Assembly: GCA_023251805.1 (NCBI GenBank)
Contig: JAHEYB010000001.1
Coordinates: forward strand, 104,384 to 168,383
Source of the DNA: Bacteroidota bacterium
GTDB taxonomy: Bacteria > Bacteroidota > Bacteroidia > 2-12-FULL-35-15
DNA: 64,000 bases
Direction: 5' to 3'
Part shown: one piece after another, positions 56,430 through 64,000 of the stretch
Layout: every line of letters begins with the position of its first letter
Numbering within the stretch: position 1 is the first letter of the stretch
Translations under genes and position numbers: made by a program
Notes under the pieces: generated by a model
Databases searched by the model: none
Told to the model about the DNA's origin: nothing
Seen by the model: only the letters and a program-made list of their open reading frames with translations

Positions 56430-56873
56430 ATGAACCTTTTCAAAAAAATAACAAGTCTCTTTTTAGCTGTAGTATTCTTACTATCAGGCTTTGGTTTTAC
56501 TATTGGCAAAATGGTTTGTTTGAAAAGTGGAAAGACAAAAGTATCACTTTCAATTGCTGAAGATTGTTGCAAAAAAATAAAAAAACAAAATGTTGCTTGT
56601 TGCGATGATGAAGCGCAAATTCAAGAAGAAATTACAATTATCAAAAAAGGAGAATGTTGTGATATCAGTAATACACATCTTCAGCTAAAAGATTTCAATC
56701 CATCTCAAAAAAATGGTGTTCCAGAAGCGAATTGCTTCTCCTTACCTTTTTCAGAAATCACTCTTGTTAACACGTCTTTAAATTCAACACACTCAAAATT
56801 GTTTTTTGCCGATTTGCCACCACATCTTCACGGCAGATCACTACTCAATTTTATTTCCATCCTTACCATTTGA
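56430..56873 (+). CDS. N-terminally anchored Cys-pair protein (HYC_CC_PP-like)
   Basis: 147-aa ORF. TM helix ITSLFLAVVFLLSGFGFTI, then MVC, three CC pairs (EDCCKK, VACCDDE, GECCDIS) and a late ..DLPPH.. From memory, this resembles the small family annotated HYC_CC_PP in Bacteroidota. Confidence 0.55.
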   Translation: MNLFKKITSLFLAVVFLLSGFGFTIGKMVCLKSGKTKVSLSIAEDCCKKIKKQNVACCDDEAQIQEEITIIKKGECCDISNTHLQLKDFNPSQKNGVPEANCFSLPFSEITLVNTSLNSTHSKLFFADLPPHLHGRSLLNFISILTI

Positions 56874-56874
56874 T

Positions 56875-56897
56875 TTCTCGACTTCGCTCGAAATGAC
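56875..56897. repeat. Dispersed repeat copy (reverse orientation)
   Basis: ttctcgacttcgctcgaaatgac, nearly identical to 31176..31197. Lies between the Cys-pair gene and the receptor gene. Confidence 0.7.
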
Positions 56898-56952
56898 AAA
56901 TGTGCGCATTAACATTTGTGTACATCAGTTAAAACAAGAAATCAAAAATCAA

Positions 56953-59172
56953 ATGAATCGATTATTTTATTTAATAATCTTTTTGTCCATTCTAAAGCCA
57001 ATTGCTGCCCAGCATTCAATGGGAAAAGTTTTTGGATTAGATGATAAAGGAAAAAAAGAAGCCTTGCCTGGAGCGAATGTCTACTGGCAAGAAACAACTA
57101 TCGGCACGTCAACAGATGCTGAAGGGGTGTTTTACATTGCCAATGCCGATACACTTCCATCGCATCTAATAATAAGTATGATGGGTTTTTTAAGTGATAC
57201 AGTATTGATATCAAAACCAAATGAAATGGATTTGCAAATCACTTTGAAAAATTCTGTTACACTTAATGCTGTGGAGGTGGCTGAAAAGCAAAACACTACC
57301 ATCAACAAATTATTTACGCCCATTAATACAGAAGTGATTGGAGGAAAAGAATTGTTGAAAGCAGCCTGTTGTAATTTATCGGAAAGTTTTTCTACCAACG
57401 CTTCTGTGGATGTTGCTTTTACAGATGCTGTTTCCGGAGCTAAAAAAATTCAAATGTTGGGATTAGATGGTATTTATACGCAAATCCTTTCTGAAAACAT
57501 GCCCATGCTTCGCGGATTATCTGCTACCTATGGCTTAAATTATATCCCGGGCACTTGGATTGAAAATATTATGGTCACCAAAGGAACAGGCTCTGTAGTG
57601 AATGGCTATGAAAGTATATCCGGACAAATCAATTTAGAATTTTTAAAACCACAGCATCAGAAAAAACGATTTTTTATAAATGTTTACGGAAATGAAAAAG
57701 GAAGAGCAGAAGCAAACATCCACTTGGCAAAAAAATTCAATACAAAATTAACCACTTTATTGTTTACGCATGCTAGCACAAATACACTAAAGCAAGATAT
57801 GAATAAGGATGGGTTTTTGGATATGCCTTTAACACAACAGTATTCTGCCTTTAACAGATGGGATTTTCACAACCAGAAAAATTTTGAAGCGCAATTTGGT
57901 GTAAAAGGATTGTATGAAAGTAGACAAGGCGGACAAACAAATTTTGTGTATTCAAGAGAGCGTGATACTACCAATCATTATGGAATAGGAATAAACACAA
58001 AGGTGATTGAAGCATTTTTGAAAACAGGATTTATGTTTCCTTCCAAGCCATATAAAAGTGTTGGGATTCAATATTCAGGGAAATGGCAACAGCAGGATAT
58101 GTTTTTTGGTTTGAGAGATTATAACGGGGAGCAAAAGAATTTATATGCCAATTTAATTTATGCAAACATTATTGGAACAACCGACCATAAATATAAATTG
58201 GGAGCCAGTTATTTGTATGATAATTACAATGAAAAATTTGTAGACACATCGTTTACAAGAATAGAAAGTGTGCCCGGTGTGTTTGCAGAATATACCTACA
58301 CACATGCCGAAAACTTTTCCTTGGTGGCTGGATTGCGTGCCGACTACCATAATAACTATGGACTGTTTTACACCCCTCGTTTGCACCTGCGTTATAGCCC
58401 AGGCAAAAAAACAACATTACGTTTGTCGGGCGGAAGAGGATTTAGAACAAGCAATATTTTTGTAGAAAACTCATCTATTTTTGCTAGTTCTCGTATAATT
58501 GAAATGAATGAAGAATTGAAACCGGAAATTGCATGGAATTATGGTTTGTCGGCTAACCAGCAATTTAAATTGTTTGGAAATGATGCTTTCATCAACTTAG
58601 ATTTTTTTAGAACTGACTTTGAAAATCAAGTGATAGTGGATTTAGATCAGAGTGTAGATAAAGTGGTGTTTTATAATTTAAACGGGCAATCATATTCGCA
58701 CAGTTTACAAGTTGATTTCGGTTGCGAACCATTGGAAGAGTTTGCTCTCAAATTGGCCTATAAATGGTACGATGTACAAGCTACTTACAATTATGAATTG
58801 ATGGCTAAGCCCTATGTTCCGCAACACAGAGTAATGCTCAACATGGCATACACTACTTACATGGAAAAGTGGAAATTTGATTTTACAACCAATTGGTTTG
58901 GAAAAAGTAGAATTCCAAGTACTGTTTTAAATCCTGTTGAATATCAATTGCCAAAGTATTCAAAAGAATATTTTTTGTTGAATGCACAAATCACCAAAAA
59001 ATTCAGAAAATTTGAAACATATTTGGGTTGTGAAAACATTTTAAATTACACACAAAAAAATCCAATCATAGATGCTGCAAATCCATTTGGAGAGAATTTC
59101 GATGCATCTATGGTGTATGCACCAATTGAAGGAAGAGTTGTTTATATTGGATTAAGAATGGAGATTAAGTAA
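56953..59172 (+). CDS. TonB-dependent receptor
   Basis: The ORF opens at 56806, overlapping the previous gene. ATG 56953 gives the signal peptide MNRLFYLIIFLSILKPIAAQ. Carboxypeptidase-regulatory-like N-terminus, plug (..ESFSTNASVDVAFTDAVSGAKKIQMLGLDG..) and a terminal ..VYIGLRMEIK. Confidence 0.88.
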   Translation: MNRLFYLIIFLSILKPIAAQHSMGKVFGLDDKGKKEALPGANVYWQETTIGTSTDAEGVFYIANADTLPSHLIISMMGFLSDTVLISKPNEMDLQITLKNSVTLNAVEVAEKQNTTINKLFTPINTEVIGGKELLKAACCNLSESFSTNASVDVAFTDAVSGAKKIQMLGLDGIYTQILSENMPMLRGLSATYGLNYIPGTWIENIMVTKGTGSVVNGYESISGQINLEFLKPQHQKKRFFINVYGNEKGRAEANIHLAKKFNTKLTTLLFTHASTNTLKQDMNKDGFLDMPLTQQYSAFNRWDFHNQKNFEAQFGVKGLYESRQGGQTNFVYSRERDTTNHYGIGINTKVIEAFLKTGFMFPSKPYKSVGIQYSGKWQQQDMFFGLRDYNGEQKNLYANLIYANIIGTTDHKYKLGASYLYDNYNEKFVDTSFTRIESVPGVFAEYTYTHAENFSLVAGLRADYHNNYGLFYTPRLHLRYSPGKKTTLRLSGGRGFRTSNIFVENSSIFASSRIIEMNEELKPEIAWNYGLSANQQFKLFGNDAFINLDFFRTDFENQVIVDLDQSVDKVVFYNLNGQSYSHSLQVDFGCEPLEEFALKLAYKWYDVQATYNYELMAKPYVPQHRVMLNMAYTTYMEKWKFDFTTNWFGKSRIPSTVLNPVEYQLPKYSKEYFLLNAQITKKFRKFETYLGCENILNYTQKNPIIDAANPFGENFDASMVYAPIEGRVVYIGLRMEIK

Positions 59173-59219
59173 AACCAAGTCGCAAGACACAAGAACTAAA
59201 AAATTAAAAGACTAAAAAA

Positions 59220-59570
59220 ATGAAAACAAAATTAATTTTAAGCTTGATAGCATTAATATTGATATTTAAAGCAAATGCTCAAGATGCAACAACAGCGGAA
59301 TTAAAAATTAAAACATCTGCAATCTGTAGCATGTGCAAAACTACTATCGAAAAATATATGGCTTTCGAAAAAGGAGTGAAGAAATCAAGTTTGGATGTAG
59401 ACTCAAAAATGTTAACAGTGAGTTATAACCCACAAAAAACTACTCCGGAAAAATTGAGAATAGCAGTTTCTAAAAGTGGTTACGATGCCGATGATGTGAA
59501 AGCCGACCCCAAAGCGTATAAAAAATTGGACGAATGTTGTAAAAAAGGAAAAGTATGTACCGATAAGTAA
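59220..59570 (+). CDS. Secreted heavy-metal-associated (HMA) domain protein with Cys-rich tail
   Basis: 116-aa ORF with a signal peptide. HMA CxxC in IKTSAICSMCKTTIEKYM. The tail is ..LDECCKKGKVCTDK. Confidence 0.85.
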   Translation: MKTKLILSLIALILIFKANAQDATTAELKIKTSAICSMCKTTIEKYMAFEKGVKKSSLDVDSKMLTVSYNPQKTTPEKLRIAVSKSGYDADDVKADPKAYKKLDECCKKGKVCTDK

Positions 59571-59606
59571 GATTTATTTGTATTTTTAATCGTACGAAGG
59601 ATTTTG

Positions 59607-59682
59607 CCAACAACCAACAACCAACAACCAACAACAACAACCAACAACCAACAACCAACAACCAACAACCAACAACCAACAA
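59607..59682. repeat. Heptanucleotide microsatellite (CCAACAA)n, about 11 units
   Basis: Four perfect units (59607..59634), one 6-nt unit caacaa (59635..59640) and six perfect units (59641..59682). It ends 22 nt before ATG 59704. Confidence 0.95.
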
Positions 59683-59703
59683 CTATCAACTAATAACTAG
59701 AAT

Positions 59704-60246
59704 ATGGCATTAATAAAACCGGTTAAAGGCGTTCATCCTAAATTTGGGGACGACTGTTATCTAGCAGAAAATTCAACCATCGTTGGTGATGTAATAATTG
59801 GAAATCAGTGCAGTGTGTGGTTCAATGCGGTGGTTCGCGGAGACGTGAATTCCATACGTATGGGAAATAAAGTAAATGTGCAAGACGGAGCAGTAATTCA
59901 TTGTACTTATCAAAATCTTGCAGCAGGTCAACAAGGAACAAAAACAGTAATTGGCAACAATGTGTCTATTGGCCACAATGCATTAGTACACGGTTGCACC
60001 ATTCATGATAATGTATTGATTGGAATGGGCGCCATTGTAATGGACAATTGTGAAATTGGAAGTAACACCATCATTGCTGCCGGTGCTGTAGTTTTGGAAA
60101 ATACAAAAGTAGAATCAGGAGTTATTTATGCAGGTGTTCCTGCAAAAAAAGTAAAAGACATCAATCAGGAATTAATCAAAGGAGAAATCAATCGTATCGC
60201 AGATAATTATATTATGTACAGTGGTTGGTTTAAGGAAGAAAAATAA
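59704..60246 (+). CDS. Gamma-carbonic-anhydrase-like left-handed beta-helix (hexapeptide repeat) protein
   Basis: 180-aa ORF. ..AENSTIVGDVIIGNQCSVWFNAVVRGDVNSIRMGNKVNVQDGAVIH.. plus the His triad region ..IGHNALVHGC.. Confidence 0.88.
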   Translation: MALIKPVKGVHPKFGDDCYLAENSTIVGDVIIGNQCSVWFNAVVRGDVNSIRMGNKVNVQDGAVIHCTYQNLAAGQQGTKTVIGNNVSIGHNALVHGCTIHDNVLIGMGAIVMDNCEIGSNTIIAAGAVVLENTKVESGVIYAGVPAKKVKDINQELIKGEINRIADNYIMYSGWFKEEK

Positions 60247-60278
60247 TGTACTGATTTCTGATGTGCTGATTGGTGGAC

Positions 60279-60310
60279 GTCATTGCGAGGAAGGAATGAA
60301 CGAAGCAATC
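60279..60310. repeat. Dispersed repeat variant (GTCATTGCGAGG...CGAAGCAATC type)
   Basis: gtcattgcgaggaaggaatgaacgaagcaatc lies between convergent genes. Confidence 0.55.
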
Positions 60311-60362
60311 TCATTCTTTTAAATATTTTCCGCGGTTCTTCACACTTTTCCGTAGTTAAATT

Positions 60363-60755
60363 CTAATGGGATATATCTTCAAAATAATTGTGGTTTAAAA
60401 TCATATATCTGGAACCGCTCTTAATCGTATCATTAATCCCTATGCCTAATACTATATCACTCGTTGCATTTGTTGGAAATTGTGAAATTTCTCCAAGGTC
60501 ATTAGCTACTCCGTAAAACAAATGATTGTTTTTGATTCTCCATTTTCTAAACTGTATGTCACCGCAATCTCCGGGATGGCAATCATAAAGAGTTCCGCTT
60601 CCGTTATTTTCGATGGCCAGTTTTGAGTATGTGTCTAAACCATTTATTTCCTTCCATGTTCCAACCAATTCAGGATGATTTTTTGAAATCTTTTCTTTTT
60701 TACAAGAAAAAAGAATGCAACAAAAAATTAGAAAGAAGGAGCCCCAGATTTTCAT
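60363..60755 (-). CDS. Lipoprotein, unknown function
   Basis: 130-aa ORF with lipobox ILFSCKKE. Its start overlaps the murI stop by 4 nt. Confidence 0.6.
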   Translation of the reverse strand: MKIWGSFFLIFCCILFSCKKEKISKNHPELVGTWKEINGLDTYSKLAIENNGSGTLYDCHPGDCGDIQFRKWRIKNNHLFYGVANDLGEISQFPTNATSDIVLGIGINDTIKSGSRYMILNHNYFEDISH

Positions 60756-61576
60756 AGCTCCAAATGTTTCGACTTAACTTCTTTCCCATAAAACATACTT
60801 CCAGCTTTGTCAAAATTTATTGTTGAGTCGGTTGTATAAAATTCAATCGTTTTTCCTTTGCTACATTTTTTTTCCATTTCGGGATGACGCTTTATATAAT
60901 CAACTAATCCTTTAGCAACAATTTCGCCTTGTGAAAGCAAGGTAATATTATCGGGTAAATGTTTTTTGATTTTGTTTATCAGTAAGGGATAATGTGTGCA
61001 ACCCAAAATAATGGTATCAATATTTTTATCTTTTGAAAGTAAGTTATTTAAGTTTTTTTCTATAATTGAATCTGCTTCTTTCGTTTCTATTTCATTGTTT
61101 TCCACAATTGGCACCCACATCGGACAAGCTTCTTGATTAACAATTAAATTAGGATAAAATTTTTCAATTTCAATAGGGTAGGAGTTGGAAGCGATGGTTC
61201 CGGGTGTGCCTAAAACTCCTATATGTCCTGTTTTACTGAAGTTCCCAACTATTTCCGTAGTTGGACGAATAACACCCAGTACACGTTTGTTGGGTGCGAG
61301 GGTAGGTAAGTCTTTTTGTTGAATGTTACGTAAAGCTTTTGCTGAAGCAGTGTTGCATGCTAAAATAACCAGTTCGCAATTCATCGCAAACAATTGCTTT
61401 ACACATTGCAAGGTGTAATCGTACACTGTTTCAAAGGAACGTGTTCCATACGGAGCTCGAGCATTGTCTCCCAAATACAAATAATCGTATTCCGGAAGTT
61501 GTTTCACTATTTCTTTTAAAACAGTTAGTCCTCCGAAACCGGAATCAAATACTCCTATTGGTTTTTTTGTGGTCAC
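60752..61576 (-). CDS. murI: Glutamate racemase
   Basis: ..IGVFDSGFGGLTVLKEI.., ..LACNTASA.. and ..LGCTHYPL.. The track start 61624 overlaps the upstream terminator hairpin. In-frame GTG 61576 ((M)TTKKPIGVFDSG) is more plausible. Confidence 0.9.
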   Translation of the reverse strand: MTTKKPIGVFDSGFGGLTVLKEIVKQLPEYDYLYLGDNARAPYGTRSFETVYDYTLQCVKQLFAMNCELVILACNTASAKALRNIQQKDLPTLAPNKRVLGVIRPTTEIVGNFSKTGHIGVLGTPGTIASNSYPIEIEKFYPNLIVNQEACPMWVPIVENNEIETKEADSIIEKNLNNLLSKDKNIDTIILGCTHYPLLINKIKKHLPDNITLLSQGEIVAKGLVDYIKRHPEMEKKCSKGKTIEFYTTDSTINFDKAGSMFYGKEVKSKHLEL

Positions 61577-61612
61577 TAATTTATTTTTTGATAGAACTCC
61601 GAAATTAATAAA

Positions 61613-61640
61613 TAAAAAAGCCAAGAACTAAATTCTTGGC
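61613..61640 (-). terminator. Hairpin terminator after skp
   Basis: gccaagaa / ttcttggc stem flanked by an A-run and a T-run, so it can work in both directions. Confidence 0.7.
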
Positions 61641-61660
61641 TTTTTAAAATCAATGATTTA

Positions 61661-62197
61661 TTATTTTTTCGGAGGGGTGTTTGCAGGAGCTGTAATCCCT
61701 AATTTTTTCATAACCGAATTAAAAAGGTCTTCTGTTGGTTCGCTATATAAAACCAATCCGGTACTTGTATCCAATACATATTTGTAACCAGCTTCTTTTG
61801 CAACTTGATCTATTGCTTTTTTCGCTTTTTCATAAACTGGTTTAGATAGGTCTGCACTCTTTTTTTGGTAATCAGCTTGTGCTTGTTGTTGGAAATCGGT
61901 GATGCGCTGATTTAGGTCATTCAACTCTTTTTCTTTTGTCTCCTTTACAATTGGTGCCATATTAGGAGAATCTTTTTGGAATGCCTCATATTTTGTTTGC
62001 AATTCGTTTTGCATTGCAGTTATTTGTTGTTCCAGTTGTTTTGCATAATCTTGTACAGCTTGCTGAGCAACTTTTGATTCAGGCATTAATGTAATTAATG
62101 AATCTAAGTTGATATGAGCAACTTTCTGCGCTGTAGCTGTATATGAACTTATCACTAATGCAACTCCTACAACAGCTATTTTAACAATATTCTTCAT
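61661..62197 (-). CDS. OmpH/Skp-family periplasmic chaperone
   Basis: 178-aa ORF with a signal peptide and coiled-coil Q/K/E-rich sequence. Sits downstream of bamA. Confidence 0.85.
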   Translation of the reverse strand: MKNIVKIAVVGVALVISSYTATAQKVAHINLDSLITLMPESKVAQQAVQDYAKQLEQQITAMQNELQTKYEAFQKDSPNMAPIVKETKEKELNDLNQRITDFQQQAQADYQKKSADLSKPVYEKAKKAIDQVAKEAGYKYVLDTSTGLVLYSEPTEDLFNSVMKKLGITAPANTPPKK

Positions 62198-62255
62198 AGT
62201 ATTTATTTTTTGGTTTTTAATTTGATTTGTAAAGGTAATTATTTATTTAAAATGT

Positions 62256-62834
62256 TTATTTTTTATTTGGACTAGTTGTTCCTCCACTTGTTCCACCTGT
62301 TTTTGTTCCGCTTCCACCTTTGTAACCCAACTGGGTTAATACATCATCACTTTTATCTAATTTTGAACTAGCATATAACATTGTTAAATCACTTGATTTA
62401 TCAAATATGATAGAGTAAGCACCTTTTTCAGCAACTGCTTTAATTGCGTTGTAAACTTTATCCTGAATAGGTTTTACAAGTTCCTGACGTTTTTTAAATA
62501 ATTCTCCATCCACACCAAAACGTTGCTTTTGAACATCTTTTGCATCTTTTTCTTTCGCAATGATATCTGCTTCACGTTTCTTTTTCATATCATCCGTCAA
62601 CAAAATTTGTTCCGCTTGATAGGCTTTATACATTTTGTCGATTTCAGCATATTTTGCTTCAATTTCTTTTTGCCACTGTATGGAAATTTTATCTAGTTCT
62701 GCTTGAGCCGATTTGTATTCAGGAATTTGTCCTAAAATATATTCTGTATCAACGTAGGCAAATTTTTGTGCAAAGGAAGCAAAACTTAGTGCTATCACCA
62801 TGCTTAATGTTAAAACTATTTTCTTCATTGTCAT
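62256..62834 (-). CDS. OmpH/Skp-family periplasmic chaperone (second copy)
   Basis: 192-aa ORF with a signal peptide. ..FAYVDTEYILGQIPEYK.. is a typical Skp start. Gly/Thr-rich tail. Confidence 0.85.
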   Translation of the reverse strand: MTMKKIVLTLSMVIALSFASFAQKFAYVDTEYILGQIPEYKSAQAELDKISIQWQKEIEAKYAEIDKMYKAYQAEQILLTDDMKKKREADIIAKEKDAKDVQKQRFGVDGELFKKRQELVKPIQDKVYNAIKAVAEKGAYSIIFDKSSDLTMLYASSKLDKSDDVLTQLGYKGGSGTKTGGTSGGTTSPNKK

Positions 62835-62887
62835 TTTTTTATTCGGTTTTAAAATCCGTCCAACAAGGTTACGAATTTAGTAAATTA

Positions 62888-64000
62888 TTATAATTCTCCA
62901 ATAGAAGCACCAATTGTGAAGTGGAACTGGCCTTTTTGCATCCCTAAATTCGATGGAACATCATCCAATCTCCAGCCATAATCAAAACCTAACAATCCAA
63001 ACATTGGTAAAAACACTCTCACACCAACTCCTGCCGAACGATAGACTTTAAAAGGGTTAAACTCTTTTGCATTCGACCACGAATTCCCTGCTTCTGCAAA
63101 CCCAAGTACGTAAATTGTTGCCTGAGGATTTAATGTAACAGGGAATCGTAATTCAGCCGAGTATTTTGTTATAAACGCTGCTCCTGTTCTTGGTGATAAT
63201 GATTGGTCATCATATCCTCTCAAAGCAATAATTTCTCTTCCATCTAAGGCAAATCCGGTTAAACCGCTACCACCTAAATAAAAGCGTTCAAAAGGTGATA
63301 TTCCCACTTTGTTATTATAAGAAGTTAGGAACCCAAACCCCGCTGATGTTTTCAGAATCAAATTACGTGCCTCTTTTCCATCAGCTCCACGCTTATTGGT
63401 AATTGGAGTAAAGAAGGTGGTAGTGAATTTATATTTTTGATATTCTACAAACTTGTAGCGTTGTTGATCAGTCAAATTTGGGTCGGTATAATCAACGCCA
63501 TTAAATAACGAATAGGGCGGAGTAAATTGCCCTGTTAAAGAAATTTGCGAACCTCTTGTTTCAAAAATGGGTTTGTCAACGTTGTTACGTTGAATGGATG
63601 CTTTGTAATAAATATTATTTGAATATCCTTTGCTGAAAGAGAAAATAGAATTGAAATTATTTAATGTGTAATATTGATAATTCAATTCCTGATACAAAGT
63701 AAAATAATCATCCGGTTTTTTCAAACGTTTTCCTAATCCAACCGACACGCCAAAAATATCCAAAGACTGACGCAAAGGATTTGCTACTTTTTCGCCATTG
63801 CTGGTAATCGTTTTCTTTTGTCCGTTTGTTTGAACCGAATAATAAGCTGTTACACTTAAAGAGTTTGGTTTTTTCCCTCCCAACCAAGGTTCAGTAAATG
63901 AAATATTATAAGATTGAAAATATAAACCATTTGATTGTGCACGAACACTTAGTCTTTGTCCGTCTCCGGAAGGCAAAGGGCGCCAAGCATCTTTCTTGAA
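62888..64000 (-). CDS. bamA: Outer-membrane protein assembly factor BamA, C-terminal barrel part (N-terminus beyond right edge)
   Basis: The reading frame is open to position 64000, and the track's M at 63976 is an internal TTG. Omp85 barrel sequence with ..FYLGGSGLTGFALDGREIIALRGY.. and a terminal ..FHFTIGASIGEL. Confidence 0.88.
   Translation of the reverse strand, partial: FKKDAWRPLPSGDGQRLSVRAQSNGLYFQSYNISFTEPWLGGKKPNSLSVTAYYSVQTNGQKKTITSNGEKVANPLRQSLDIFGVSVGLGKRLKKPDDYFTLYQELNYQYYTLNNFNSIFSFSKGYSNNIYYKASIQRNNVDKPIFETRGSQISLTGQFTPPYSLFNGVDYTDPNLTDQQRYKFVEYQKYKFTTTFFTPITNKRGADGKEARNLILKTSAGFGFLTSYNNKVGISPFERFYLGGSGLTGFALDGREIIALRGYDDQSLSPRTGAAFITKYSAELRFPVTLNPQATIYVLGFAEAGNSWSNAKEFNPFKVYRSAGVGVRVFLPMFGLLGFDYGWRLDDVPSNLGMQKGQFHFTIGASIGEL

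Noticed and set aside
59470-59689. Two overlapping minus-strand ORFs (69-70 aa) encoding LLVVGCW repeats
   Set aside because: They are read-throughs of the CCAACAA microsatellite. Periodic sequence with no stop codons creates them in two frames at once, and they overlap the 3' end of the HMA gene.
62888-63976. BamA ORF start at 63976 (MPSGDGQ...)
   Set aside because: That codon is an internal TTG (Leu). The frame stays open to the window edge, so the gene is a partial with its N-terminus outside the window.

Overview
Low-GC chromosomal segment that reads as Bacteroidota, probably Flavobacteriia-like. Support: T9SS C-terminal sorting domains, TAnnTTTG -7 promoter boxes, rpoN, a bamA-skp-skp-murI block, and many lipoproteins and TonB-dependent receptors. 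About 50 protein genes are supportable, mostly housekeeping: rimK module, a giant alpha-2-macroglobulin, rsmB-like methyltransferase, typA, rpoN, asnS, a TetR-TolC-MFP-RND efflux operon, dxs, a transsulfuration enzyme, murI and bamA. There is one intact tRNA (anticodon CAT). No rRNA, CRISPR array, prophage or recognisable defence island was seen. The most unusual locus is 31.7-32.3 kb. There an intact tRNA(CAT) and a 94-aa GIY-YIG nuclease gene are bracketed by two partial copies of the same tRNA. In both partial copies the anticodon loop is replaced by an 18-nt palindrome, and the copies overlap as a 38-nt direct repeat. Other notable items: (1) an IS200-like/RAYT tyrosine transposase flanked by inverted GTCCCnnnGGGAC hairpins plus a 470-bp hairpin array; (2) a truncated TPR sensor gene bracketed by an 89%-identical duplication of its neighbour's 3' end; (3) a Cys-pair protein / TonB receptor / HMA-domain cluster followed by a (CCAACAA)n microsatellite 22 bp upstream of the next start codon; (4) several families of short word-like repeats, mostly in tail-end or intra-operon spacers and in three cases between a stop codon and its intrinsic terminator. 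All functional calls rest on motifs read from the translations and on memory of protein families. No database search was possible.
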